Positions 1-20,593 of a stretch of 64,000 nt of DNA are shown piece after piece. The position numbers and the translations under genes were made by a program. Numbering within the stretch: position 1 is the first letter of the stretch; every line of letters starts with the position of its first letter. The stretch is from Ascidiella aspersa (taxonomy: Eukaryota). The notes beneath the pieces are model-generated. The model saw nothing but the letters and a program-made list of their open reading frames with translations, ran no database searches and was not told where the DNA came from. The DNA is taken from positions 25,544,001 to 25,608,000 of the forward strand of contig OZ004611.1 of NCBI GenBank assembly GCA_963924565.1, read 5' to 3'.

Positions 1-438
1 GTTTCACGGCAAAACATAGAAACATACACAAAAAGTAAAAGCTAGGAGGCCAGATCCGCCATTTTCTTCTCCAAAGGGTGACGCAGTAAAATGAATATCA
101 AAGGATATACAGAGGTATGAAGCAGTTTGTGAACGTTTTAAATAAGTATCACTGGTAAACACCGAAATGAAAACGCTAGATCCAACGTTTATTTGTCAAA
201 GGGTAGAGTGCTAAAAGGAATAATTATTTTTTCGAAAGGTTCACCTAATACTTCCTACATCTGTATGTGCTTTGGTATTTATTCTACGTTTTTAACCTCC
301 AGCCACTATGCTTCAAAGTGCGTGAAAATGTGGCTTCCCCGCATTAAGCAGTTCAACGGGAAAAAACGAAACGGCAAAAAACGCAAAAAATAATGGCGGC
401 AGGTCAACCGGCTTTGCAAGCAAAATGTCGCTTTAGTC

Positions 439-769
439 CACTGATGGTTCTCAACCTTTTCTGGCCTCGTACAACATTGTTTTTTTATTGCCGCTGCGTA
501 TAACACGTTTTTTTTTTTGAAAAAAAAACTATTAAAATAACTTACTTATATTTATTTATGGCCAAAAATATTAATTGAAAGTTGAAACGACTTGTTTCCG
601 GCGCCTGGGTAAGATTTTTGATAATAAATTGATAAACTTTAAATAGCCGCGATTATATTTAATGTTAATTTTTTTTAACTTAGCATTAGGCCACAAATCT
701 GCTCACGTTCCACTTAAAAAGCTTTTGCTTACATCTAGTGGTACACGTATCATAGGTTGAGAACCACTG
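439..769. mobile_element. hAT/Charlie-like MITE
   Basis: Terminal inverted repeats TGGTTCTCAACC (left) and GGTTGAGAACCACTG (755-769). The same termini recur elsewhere in the window; the TSD is degenerate. Confidence 0.65.
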
Positions 770-1063
770 CTTAAGCTCAAAAAAACGAAATGCCGAAAAT
801 ATAATAGGGTAATCAGGTGGAACTATATAAAAACTAATTTCTACTTTGACGTGATTAAGCACGGTTGTGCGAAAGCTTGTCGAAAATCAATACAAACTGT
901 CTTTATATAGTGCCACCTGAATGCCCTAGTAAGATTAGGCAAACACGGCCATTTACAACGAAAATATACAGTCCTTCATCAGCCATCCATCCTCTTTCAA
1001 ACCGCGGGGCGTACGGCTCCACGCGTTTAAACTCCAACGTTTTTTGCAGTGCCCGAATGCAGG

Positions 1064-4000
1064 CTACACCCTCAGGATCTCTAGCGTGTTGTTGTAGCAG
1101 ATTGAGATCCAGTCGGGCTGGGCGGCGGCCCACTGTATCTGGTTGATTTCGCCGTCGGCCGTGTAGGCCAGGATCGGGTCTTCGATGGCGCGAGGCATCT
1201 GCTGAATGTCCCAGATCAGCGCCTGATGGTCGTCGCCTGGGATAAGCATAAAAAAGTCGTTGTAATCTTGGATATCTCATAAAAATGAGTTTTTTTATTG
1301 TGTGGAAGCAAATATTTAATGCACTATAACTGGAAGTATTTAATCTCAGGTGGTATCTGCTTATCCGAAAATCCAGGAGCTTATATAAAGGTTCATACTT
1401 TCTGAGTGACATTAGGCTTTCTGCTCTTGTAAAAACAGGTTACTTTTTTGTTAAACGTGCGCAATGCGCATACAAGCTTTTATCTAGAATTTTAAACGAA
1501 AACGAGCAGAAACGCCATGCCAAGTAGTGGTAAGACCAGGGTTATCCAACGTTGTGCCGCGGCACATTAGTGTATCTTATGCACCCAAACCTGTGAGACT
1601 TCAATAAACACTATCCATCAGTGTTGTAATGAGTTGACTTAAGTCACTGTTTTTAAATGACTTGACTCAAGTCTTTTGGGCAAAACGACTTGACTTGACT
1701 TAAGTCTTTTGGATAAATCACTTGGGTGGAAATGAAATGTTTTTTTAGGCCTATTTGTCCTATATTTTGCACATAAAACAATTTGTTGCTATATGTTGCG
1801 TTTTTCCTCTTTTTAGTTCAGTTATTGCTTACGTGTTTAACAATTCTAAACGTTTAACGTTTTTTTATGACGTAACTTGAAGTGGGCTTGCTCTACTTAT
1901 GCCTTGACTTACGCAACTGATGACTTTTACTGGGACTTGACCTGGTATTTATTCAAAAAGACTTAGGACTTGACTAAACGAGTGGCACTAATCGATTTTT
2001 TACCTTTTTCTGGACAGGCGCCAGGAAATAGTTGTATATTAATGTTTCCCAGATAAACAGGTTGAATACCCCCTTTAGCTGGAAATTGTTAGTCTATTTC
2101 AATAAGCTTACATAAATTTTAAATTTTAATTTAAAAAAAAATATGTCACAAGCAAGTTGTGAAGTTTTTATCTAGAAATAATGTTTTGCTCTTTTTTAGT
2201 TTATATATCTTGTTGACTGACCGCAGTAGTAAAAGCAAAGGTTTTATTGAAACAGGGGCAATATTTAAAAGCATTTTTTTAACCAAACGCAGCGTTTCGG
2301 AATAAATGCCGAACAATCCATCTATAATTCAATTGTAATCTTGTTTGGATTTTGTGGCACATTCGGTTAATCGAATGAGCTCATTTAAATATAAAGGATT
2401 TTTTATTGTTTTGTGTATTTTTGCACTTTGTCCGATACGATAGAAATCGGAATCTGCAATTGTGCGCAAAGCAAACGTCACTGCGCAAATGATCTGGTTG
2501 TGTTGTGCAATTGCACAATTACGTATTCCTGCAACTACTATTCTACGTGTAATGCGTCTCAGGTCAAACGTTTTCTCATGATTCATACTACTTGACGCCA
2601 TGATACGACGGTCAAATGTAGGTTAACCTAAAGCTTACCTGCTGTGCATACATGGCAAGAAGAGTGAGGAGCCCAGGCTATTCCGTTCACGCAAGCTCTG
2701 TGGTTGTTGAGTCGAGCAACTGGCGTGCAAGGCACACGCACGTCGAGAATAATCACCTAAAACCATATTTTTTAATAAAAAATGCGATTGCTAGTCAGTT
2801 TGTGCAACTGCGATGTATCTTAAGACAAAAAAAAGACGGAAAATCTTTATTACTACCAGCTTTTTTTGTCATTGGGACGTTTTCATGACATTTGGCTTTA
2901 ATAATAATTAGATAGGAAATTAACACCCAATTTGTCAAAAACTTGACACCGACTTATGTTTTTCTAACAGTAGGCCGAGTGTTTTTTTTTCTCAAAAACC
3001 GTTTACGTTTCATAAATAGGCATACCTTGCAAAAAAGTAAATCACTTTCCCTAACCGTTGGTGGCAGCTTATAAAGGAAGCAACTCATGTTTTTAACCTA
3101 AACACAAAGAAATACCTCCATTCCATCAACGGCCATGGTTGCCAGGTAGTTTGGGTCTTGTTTGTTCCAGCAAAGACGCAGAAGGGGTTGGTGTCCCGGG
3201 TCCTGAATAAAATAAAAAAGGGTAGCAGTTAATGTATTAGGATTCTGCATGCATGTCAAGAGTTGGGAAAAAATCTCGACAAAAAAGTTTGATTGCAGCA
3301 GTATCCAAGTAACTTTTTTAATCTGCCATAATTAAAACGTTACATGAGGGTAGTGAAATAAGCTAAAAAGGGCAAACGTTCTTCAGCATGGCAACTTTCA
3401 ATCTACATTAACCAGAAATTTGTATAACAAAAAATACATGAAAGCAAAACCTAAAAAATGTCTTTACCCAGCAATAAATTAAATAGCTTTAAATTAAAAA
3501 AAAAATTAAATGTAATAGCATGAGAAGCAAACCGCTTTAAACAACAATCAGTCAGCAAGGTGCAAAACTTTTAATATAAAAAAGTTTATTTACTAGGAAT
3601 TAATATTAAAAGTTTTAGACCTTGCTAACTGATTGTTGTTCTTCTCAAGCTATTAAAAGCTTTTAGAACTTTTTTCATCAGCATTATGTGCTCTGTCAGA
3701 GGACAATATTCTGTAGTGGAAACACATATATATACTAAACTTTACAAATTTTTAGCACTAACCTCATATATTATTGTTGAGTGTTCCAGGTGTCTCAAAT
3801 CGAACATACGCACAGAGCCATCTGCACCAACTGATGCAAACATATCCCTGCCACCACCAGCTCGACTAAAGGCAATATCATACACCTAAAATAAACATAC
3901 CATGTGAATGTAGTATAGTGATAAAAATATAAAAGTGAAAGGAAATATATTGGACTAAAATTTAGTCAAACTTTATATAGATGCTGGTCACATACAAAGA

Positions 4001-6729
4001 CTGGTCTTACTTGTTATGGGTTAACTTAAAAAATTGAATTTTACTGACTTCTATAAAACCGAAGTATCTGCTTTGTTAGTGAAAAACTAAAATATGCAAC
4101 ACAAATAAAATATAGACAAAGGTCGAGATAACATTTTTTCAAACTTTTCGGTAAATTTTGTTGGACTTGCAACATGCCAAGGTATAAATTTCAATAATTC
4201 ATGTAAATTTTACACCAAAGTTAATTTATTTGTTTGTATGTTTTAGAAAATTACAATCAGTTTACTCCTTACTTATGGCCCAGTTTGAATACATTTCTCA
4301 GCATACAATAATATCAGTGCACATTTTAATAACGCAGTTGAGGTTAGATGCAAAACCATATCATTGTGCCCTTGGAAAATGAAAACGATACACCAGGGCG
4401 TTGTGCACAGCTTGGGAACCTCTACTCTAGAGCTGCATAACTGTAACTTACCTCTTTGTCATGAGCTATAAGCTGGGTTTTTACATGACCAGAAACAACA
4501 TTTACTCTTCCCAGGACTTGACCAGTCTCCAATCCCCAAATCGTGCAGGTGGTGTCAATGCTGCTTGTGCCTACAGTGCACAATACAAAATGATAGGCCA
4601 AAATGCAAACCAGGAATATGATTTTTTCTATTTGTTAAAGCCCATCATAAAACAGATTGCAAAAGCATTATGATAAAAAAGATAAAGGTATCAAGCTAAT
4701 TAAAAATAACTGCTTAAGTTGTATATAAAGTTTTAGTGAAATGAAATAATGAAGGGGTAAATATAGTTTGAATTAGGAGAAAAGTTATATAGATATCACT
4801 AATAAAAGTTTTGTGTGCTTAAATCTGACAAATATCATAAACAGTCACTTACCAAGTAAATTGGGTTCCACTTCATTCCAGTCAAATGCTGTTAACGGAG
4901 CACAGAAATCAGAGTTCTTGTTGTTGTTGAGTAAACATTCCAATCTAGTTTCATTATCACTCACCTGAAAATTCAAATGTTGTACCTTAGCATTAAAAAA
5001 AACTCAGTTTAGGTATATAGTCACTTTGCACATAACCAATAAATGACAAAAATTGATGAGTATTAGGTAAAGTTAAAAACCGTAAAATAAGGAAACTTTT
5101 TTAATAATGTGCCATAGAGCAGTCTTCAAGATGTATACTCCGTTTAATATGTTATTAGTTTAGAGCACTCATCAATTATCTACATTTTTTATCTTATTGG
5201 AAGAAGTTTATATGTCTCTCATTCAGTGTTACCGCTATGCGGATTTTTGCTCACCTTCTTTAACACACGTGTGGAAGCAAAAAAGTAAAATCTTATTTTT
5301 TTAAATTTCCAACTGTAACTTTTGGGCACTGGGCACACTGTTTTTTTGCCCCAGAGCAACATTATGGGAACCTGCACATTTTGGTATGTAATTAAAGGAA
5401 CTCTGCTCATATATATTGACCACTGGGTAGAAATCGGGTGTAGAGATTTGACAGTAAATTTAAAGGGTAATATTTTGCGATACATAAAGTCGCAAAACAG
5501 ATTTTTTAATTTCTGTGAGTGATAAAAGTTAAGTAGCACCATTCACCATATCAACCTAAAAGTAATTTGAACTTACCACTCTCCATAAGCGCAAGTAATC
5601 ACCACTGGTTGCAAGTAAATCTGGGTAAACCCCTTTAGCGTCGGGTATCCACATTATCTTTGTGCATGGATAAGGGTGATCGAACATACTTCTCGCACGG
5701 AATTCTGATCGCTCTTCATCAAGTCCAACGATCTAATTATAATTTGATGATAGATGGCTTAAATTGGCATCTTATCTGACATTGAGTAATGTCATAAATT
5801 GTCGAATAAGCAAAATAAATGAAATAGAAACATTCAGAGGTGTTTCTTCAAGGTTTAATTATATAAATTTCATTTTAACAGTTTTGCATTATTTTCATTT
5901 GTTTTTCTTATCATTTAAATTACTTTTTTGGTCGTTTATAGCACATAAAATGTTTATTGGCAAATTGTCCAGCACTCTAGTGCAGTGGTTCTCAACCTTT
6001 GTAGTTTACCGACTGGTAAAATTTCAAAAGAAATTTTGCGGACCGGTGGACCTTTAATAATCAAAATCAACCCAAAATAAAATTATGGCAAAAGTATGCA
6101 ACTTAAAAGCAAAGAATGGTAACTTCAAGTTAATGAGCTATTTGATGCTTTTTATATCATACGTGTTATACGTGGTTCTATTTAAGTTTTTCGCATACAA
6201 CTGGTCCTAATGTTTAGGACTTAAACGAGTTGTAGCCTATACTTGTAAACTGTTGGTATAACACTTGCAGCATTGTGACGTACAAAGTACGAAGTAGACC
6301 AATAACTCTATGTTATGTCACAATGCTGCACATTACAAAACTGGCAAAATTCTAAATTTGATGGACAAGCCTTCAATATTTTGCATCTCCAATTGAGATT
6401 TAAAAATTGTAATATATTTGGCGGACCGGCAGGAAAGTTGACGCGGGTCGGCGGTTGAGAACCACTGCTCTAGGGTATGCATACAACTATAAGTTATTAT
6501 ATATCGTTATTATTCGAAAAAAGCCTTTTACAGATGTGCTTAAGCAAGTGTTTGTGAAGAAAGCAAGATGGTTTCGGCTACTAACCTGAACTTTGTTGTT
6601 ATATTCCTCAATAAAACTTCCAATTGCAAGTCGAAATTTCTTGTCATGACGAACGCTCCAGTTCATGGCATATATCGTCCACAAAGCTTCATATTTGTAG
6701 ATTTCTTTGCGTTTTGGCACGCCAGCCAT
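1064..6729 (-). CDS. DCAF7: DDB1- and CUL4-associated factor 7 (WDR68/HAN11), WD40 scaffold, 8 exons, 343 aa
   Basis: GT-AG exons 6729-6586, 5732-5577, 4964-4853, 4570-4452, 3885-3763, 3202-3116, 2756-2639 and 1236-1064 splice in frame. The product [25 protein letters not shown]...[15 protein letters not shown]...[24 protein letters not shown]...LEILRV is near-identical to vertebrate DCAF7. Confidence 0.97.
1619..1990. mobile_element. MITE-like element with GACTT subterminal repeats (DCAF7 intron 7)
   Basis: Starts CAGTGTTGTAA, with clustered GACTTGACT motifs at both ends. A related left end lies at ~8044-8105. Confidence 0.5.
5983..6467. mobile_element. hAT/Charlie-like MITE (DCAF7 intron 1)
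   Basis: Perfect 15-bp TIR CAGTGGTTCTCAACC/GGTTGAGAACCACTG, with 8-bp TSD CTCTAGTG/CTCTAGGG. Confidence 0.9.
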
Positions 6730-8157
6730 GTTATTATTTGTTTGCGCAAATTTTAACTAGTTTTGTAACGAAACGATGTACAGCTAGCAAAAAGCATAAA
6801 TAAATTTGTAGGTTTGAAACTTCACCTTAATTCAACAAATTAAACTGTACATTCTAAAAATGCAAACTATTGAAAATTTAAAACTAAAACAAGTTTTTAA
6901 GAAGCTAATTGATTTTAAGCTAGTAATAAAACGCTAGCATTATACGGATGTTTAACGAAACGTACAACGAAATAGAAATGTGAACAACATTTTAACAAAA
7001 TGATACTTAAATGCATTTAACTTATCTTACTATAATACTATTTTATTATTTTATTGCCGAAATAAAGCCAAAACAAAACAATCAAATGCAGAAGGTAGAA
7101 AACTAAAACTTGTTAGTTTAACGTTTTATCACAATACACTGTTTCGTCGCATGAGAGCAAAAAATACGCTATCCAAAAAATAATTTTTAAATCCCTTTTA
7201 TTCCATCCCAACTTTTGGCAAATAATCATTTCATTTTACTATATGAACGTGACGTATTTTGGTAAGCTTTACGTTTTGCTTAAACTGGGGGTAATATGTG
7301 ATTTTTTATTTGGTTTAGTAATATGACAATTGACAATAGGCTACATACACTACAGGATCGATCAGCAGTTAACATTTTATAGTTTCTTGTTAAACGTACC
7401 TCGAGATTAAACATTAAATAAAACTGCTAAACAAATACCCAAACGACAGTAATGATCACATGCGCAATGAAACTTTTGTTGGGAAAATGATGTCTTCTGT
7501 CACTTTAATCAAGGCTTATTCTTGTATAGGTATTCATTTTGCAGTTTTATAGTCTCCTGAAAAGCACTAACCCTTTAAAGTTCAAAGACAAGCTGGCTGG
7601 CCGCAAAAGGTGCAAAAAGTGAACATTTCAATGGGTAAATCGCAATATAATTTTGTCCCTCTAATTTGAATTTGACTGTTTATTTGCCTGATTTAAATTA
7701 AATCGGAGGGAATTACATTACGAAATAAATTTAATTCCAGTGGATTACAGGGCACACAAAAAACTGTGTACCAAATGTGCATAAAATTAACGTAACTCCT
7801 TCGATTAGTTTATTTTACTTAAAATAACTATGTTCTTCGCAATAGTATCGGAGCAAAGACAAATCGTTTACTATCAACAGCTCAACAAAAGAAAACCTGT
7901 CTTAAACAAAACCTATTTTTAATAAACTTACCGGTAATTTACTGTTATTTAGATCCTTTATCATGTTCCTACAAAATACGATGTCCACTTAGAACTGCAG
8001 CATTTAACATAACTAAAACTCTGTGTAAAACATAATAAACAAGCAGTGTTGTAAAGACTCAACTTAAGTGCACTTAAGTCACATTTCAAACGACTTGACT
8101 TGACCGAAATATTTTAAAACCACAATGTCATTGACCCTAAATCGTTGTATATATTAC

Positions 8158-10231
8158 CTAAGTAACTGTGGGGCAAATATAGGACAAAAACAAAGCTACA
8201 TGGTCAGCTACGTACTCTTCAGTCGGGTTTGTATCCAAAGTAAAATGCGCACTAGTCATTGGCCAAACGTCCACTATTCTATTCCAACTCTCGGTAAATC
8301 GCTGAACATGCCTTTGAATATTTTACTCAGGCGAAAACTGAACCATTCGCTAGACACCGGTGTCTTCGAGTTTTTGTGGCGTATACAGCCTCGCAGTAGA
8401 ATGGTGACTTTGGGCATGCGCTGCAGAAAACGAATCACCGACTTCTCGACGGCTTCAAGACGCTTCATGTAAACGACAGGGTCAACGAGGTAAAAGTGGA
8501 GAGCCAAGTTTAAGACCAGGTATACGTTTTCGCCGTCTCCGTGGTCAATTGCGGCCAGTGTGTCTGCAATATAAGGCCGACTGGAAGGCGGACCTAAGCC
8601 GTGCAACGGCGAACCGTGTCCCTTGTAAATTACTTTCAGATTTAGGGCTTTGCTGTCGGCGGAGCGCGGCTTTTGCCAGACCACGGGGTCTTCTTTCTCC
8701 AACTCACGCATTTTTAAGGTTATGGGCAGCACCAGGTACCACTGCTTCAAAGTCCAGTCATCTATAAAGTAGAAAACCTTGTTTCGCAGGCAGTTGGACG
8801 CCTGAGTCAAGACTCTATCGTAGCGGTTCGAGCACTGCATAGATCTCCAACGGCTGTTGCTGTACAGCCCTGTGTAAGTCAAAGGCAACTCGCGCCAAAC
8901 CAGATTTGGGAGTGCAGGGCGGCAGGTTTTTAAACAAACTATAAACGATTGCTCTGAAATCCTTGCACCGGATCCTTTGATTGGAGCTTTCCAGGTAATA
9001 CGGGGTTCGAACAAAGACGGTTGTTTAGATCTCAACGAAGCTTTGCGATCCCACCAAACGTCTAACCACTCCAAGTCTGAGCAACCGCCAGTCTTAGGCG
9101 GGTAACAATGTCAGGACACAACCTTCTCCGGCTGCGAAAAGTTGCACGGAATCTCAGTGAAATTCCCGCAGGACGAATGAGGGTAAACAAACAGAACTGT
9201 ATAGGTATGTCAGATAATAATGGATCAGAGCTGATAACCAAGCCTAGGGGTAGAATCGCTTTTCGTCCGATATTTTACGGTGGTATCAATACCGGTGCGA
9301 TAGCCTAGTAAAGTAATTTAGTCCATTTATTAATGGTTCTCTATTTTAAAAGGTAGTTTTTTGTGAACGACTTATATGTTCAAGCAAAGTCGTGTTTTAA
9401 AACACTTATGTCAAAGGTTTTCAACTTTTATTAAGTCGCGGCCCTCTTACGTGGGCTCGTAACACTTGTGGCCTCGTTGCTCAAGTTTGAGGAAAATGCT
9501 TTATCGAAAGTCACGATGAAGATCTTTTAAGTCATTAAAAAAAACAATGAATTCGATTTTAACAAACTAAAATAATATACACATGTGGCTTACCCGGTGG
9601 AGTGCACGACTGAGAAACAATAACTTATAGCTAAACCAAGCTTAAATTCCAAAGAAAAATAATAAGTCATTTAGTTGACAACGCTTTTGCAACCCTGCTT
9701 TTCGGCCAAAGCATCAGTTGAAAAACTATGGTTAGGTTTCCCTTGTCTTCAACCCGACGACCGAAACGGTCCCCCAAATTTCTCCAGCGGTTTCCCAAAT
9801 TTTGGAATTGCAACTTTTTGGTATTTAAATGAAGCACTTGCGGTCTCTTACAACTACTTAGCGGTCACCCAAACCAAACCTTAAAAGAAACCCTGCTTCT
9901 GAGTATAGTATTTCCGCCAATATTTAGTGCCAAAGTAGTTTTCGGTTCTGTCGTATTGCATGTGATCTTCAATGTTGTAGCCTTGCAAAGTTTCGCTTTC
10001 CGCTGCTTCGCCAGTTTTCCTACTGGTCACTTTGGTGTTGTTTGCCTTAACGTTGTCGTGTAATTCAGTCGGTGCTGCGGAAACTTGCTTTCCGTTGAAC
10101 TTGTACGATTGGCGTGACGTTGTCTTTAAAACCACGTTTGCTTCCAGCGAAAAACTAAACCCCATTTAAGGTTTTCATGCAGGTAAAACAAAGACAAGAA
10201 GCCAGGTATTCCAGCGATTATCACAGGCCAT
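8158..10231 (-). pseudogene. NXPE family (neurexophilin and PC-esterase domain) pseudogene
   Basis: The translation resembles the NXPE C-terminal half: CNFSQPEK..*HCYPPK, CLRNKVFYFIDDWTLKQWY, HGSPLH, YIADTL, YMKRLEAVEKSVIRFLQRMPK, SSEWFSFRL, then VDVWPMTSAH and SYICP in shifted frames. Lesions are in-frame stops at 10175-10177, 10166-10168 and 9111-9113, frameshifts near 8280 and 8190, and repeat DNA at ~9400-9885. Confidence 0.8.
9765..9885 (-). repeat. Dispersed repeat interrupting the NXPE pseudogene
   Basis: The reverse complement (TTAAGGTTTGGTTTGGGTGACCGCTAAGTAGTT...GGGGGACCGTT) closely matches 15202-15320. Confidence 0.8.
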
Positions 10232-11084
10232 TTATTTATACAGGCGATTTTGTTTTCACATTCAATCTAGATTAAAAATCCGAGGTTTGTCGCAGTAATT
10301 GCCACGGTATCCCGGTCACTTAGTGGTCGTTGTTAAGATTTTATTAAACTTTTGAGATATAAACTTTTGAGATATATTTTATTACGAATCAACTAAAAGT
10401 TTTAAGTCGTAATATGTTGCTCGTTTGAGACCAACTCCACATATTGGACTTATTTTTTACCGATATGTTAAAACCAAAGAGATTATACCTTATAATCTCT
10501 TTGGTTAAAACATAACAATTAAATATAACAGTGCGGTTTCCACGTACAATGTTACGAAGGTAACGTGACGCTAATCTGTCATTCAAGCTTTAAAACGGCC
10601 TTAATATATTTGAGTCGAACACCATAGAAATATAAAAAAGTAAAAATCGAAACATTTCTAATCTTATTACGACTTTACCTGAAATAAAAGGAATTTTCAA
10701 TTTGAATTACATTTTCAACATCCTTTCACAATAAGATTACAGCTTACAGGGAAAAGTTATGTTATTAGCTGAGACGCCTTGATACTGGAATGAAAAAAAT
10801 GTGTAGAATAGGTTATTCCTGCGCACATACAGGGACCCCTTCACAATGCCACCAATAACGTAAAACATTTCAAAAAAATCTACAATTTGTCCCAGTGGCA
10901 TTATAAAACTTAATTTGTGTCCAATAGTTTTATTGTTAGTTGCGATTTAGGATTTCTATGATATAGAACCTAGAAACGTAAAAGGCAGTTTTTACCTCTA
11001 ACCTAAAAGTGATGTTTTGTTGTTGTTTACTTGCAAGATTTCAATCAATTTTAAACATATATTTATCAACCACGTGGCTTTAAC

Positions 11085-18502
<7,418 letters not shown>

Positions 18503-20593
18503 GCCGACCGGGTTTGTCAGTTTATTCTTCGCGAATATAAGACTGTTGTTTAATGCTGGGGGTGTGTTTTGTGTGATTTACTTAACATGAAGTCCTGCAA
18601 TACTTATTGCAGTTGTAGTAAGATGCATATCCTATTTCAAAATTCGGATAAACAGCACGTGCTTACATTTGCAACTTACATGAAGATTTGCTAAATTAGA
18701 GTCGTTGTTGAAAAATCACTTGGCTACAGAAGCAATTGAATTCTTTACAACGGAGATTCACTGTCTAACCTCAACAAAAAACGAGACGTTTTTTGTTCAA
18801 GCCTGGATTGTGCCTTAACCAGTTATTTGCGAAAACACACACACGTTATGTGGAAGACGTGGTGAACTAATTGCGGCAAAGCATGCACACTTACAAGGCG
18901 AGTACATTGCCCTAAAAACAACCTATGTTCAGTAAAATAGACCAGTGGAATACGAAAAAGAAGAAATGTCTCCGATTCACAAGAATTTAGATTAATTTAC
19001 GCGAAACGAATATAAAAGCCTAAATAAAACAGAGAAGTAAAAAATATTCGTTTACGGCATGACTCGGTTTGATTTCAAAACCTTTAAATAACGTTTTCTA
19101 CTTAAATGACTCACTCAAAAGCATAGCGCTGCAGTGTTTTTTCTTAATTATACAGCAATTCGGAAATAAGCGATGCAACAGTCGGACACTATATTCGCAA
19201 CACAGTCAGTGCAATCAAATTCTTTTGGGGTTAAGGTGTTTAAAATACAAAAAAATATCTGCTGAAGTAGGGTGGTTTCCGTCGTCTTTAAGCATTAATC
19301 GTACCATATAACTGTATGCACTAAAATCATGAGCTATGGAAACGTGTTGAAACTGGGCTAGTTAGACGAAGTGTATTTCTTTCACATCATTAGTATTCAA
19401 ACGTTTTCGTTTGTTTTCGCTTTAATCGCACATTTGAAATTATAGATTGATTAATAATGGAATAGCAACAAGTTAACCTATCGCGGCCGCAGTAATATTT
19501 TACATTTGCTTTACTAAACTCCGTATAAAAGCAGTATGGGAGCCAATGATTTAAATAGTTATTCGCGGACCTGTAACACCTGTTACGTAATTGCGAAAAA
19601 TATATAATACTGTTTATCAAACATTAATCATTTGATAGAACAAAACCAATGCAGTATAAATTTGTTTCCTGGCGTTGCGTAAATGGTATATGTATGAGTA
19701 TATCAAGCCGTTATGAACGAGCTATACCCTGTGACCGTTTACCATCGTGTAATGACTTCCAATATAAACAAAGCGCAATCCGTGAAAACACACAACCGTT
19801 TCTAAACATCAAAGGCACCGAAAGAATCATTTGAAGACAACGGAAAGTGAAAAAAGGCCAAGAAAGTGTTGCTTCTAAAAAGGTAAAGTATTTTTTTAAA
19901 AATTATGTAAGATACAGCTCGAATTGCGTTCATGCATTTTCCGCAGACGTTTGCGAAAATACACCAAAAGGCTATTATAGCCACGTCTGTGCTTTTTGCA
20001 AGCCCTTGGGTACAAAATCATTCATGCTGCAAGCTACAGTCGAATTAAAATAGTTGATACGTGGACATAAAAGTTGATAATAAAATAAAACTGACATGAA
20101 GACGAGTTTGCAATGCTTTCGACAAAAAAGAGCATTGTGACTAAAAAGCTTGAATAAACGCCACAGTCTGTACTCTTACGAGTAAGGTTAGTTTTGTCAT
20201 CAGTGGGTACGTTATTATACCAGCTACAGTGAAGTTAAGATATCAATACACCAACCCACCAAAATTTTTCTAAAAAAGCTCGTGGAAAACGATAAAAACC
20301 TCTACTAACAAGGCGAATCTAAAATGCCGACAAAACAACGACGTTCAAATTAAACTTTTACAATTCGGACTTTTTTCTGGAAGACAGTGCTCCTCTAAAA
20401 ACGAAATAGGATGATGCCTGTTGACGATCTTGAATAATTGGACACATGCTACATATGGGTCGATGCGTGCTTTTAATTGAAAAATTACCTAATACTTAAT
20501 GATGGCCAAAAAGCGAAATTTCCTATATAGATAACTTGTGTATGAGAGTGTGAAATAATGGCGACAATAACTTCCATCGTTCACAAAAAGCGA

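Noticed and set aside
903-1412. 169-aa ORF and overlapping ORFs at the DCAF7 3' end
   Set aside because: These are alternative-frame shadows of the GC-rich last DCAF7 exon with no recognisable protein.
9111-9113. In-frame TGA at a Trp position as possible recoding or selenocysteine
   Set aside because: The same gene has TAA stops and frameshifts, and other genes use TGA as stop. A TGG>TGA nonsense change is simpler.
18503-20593. Multiple 60-80 aa ORFs between RNF32 and SHMT2, and at 41600-43200
   Set aside because: No homology or splice structure; most likely 3' UTR or intergenic sequence.
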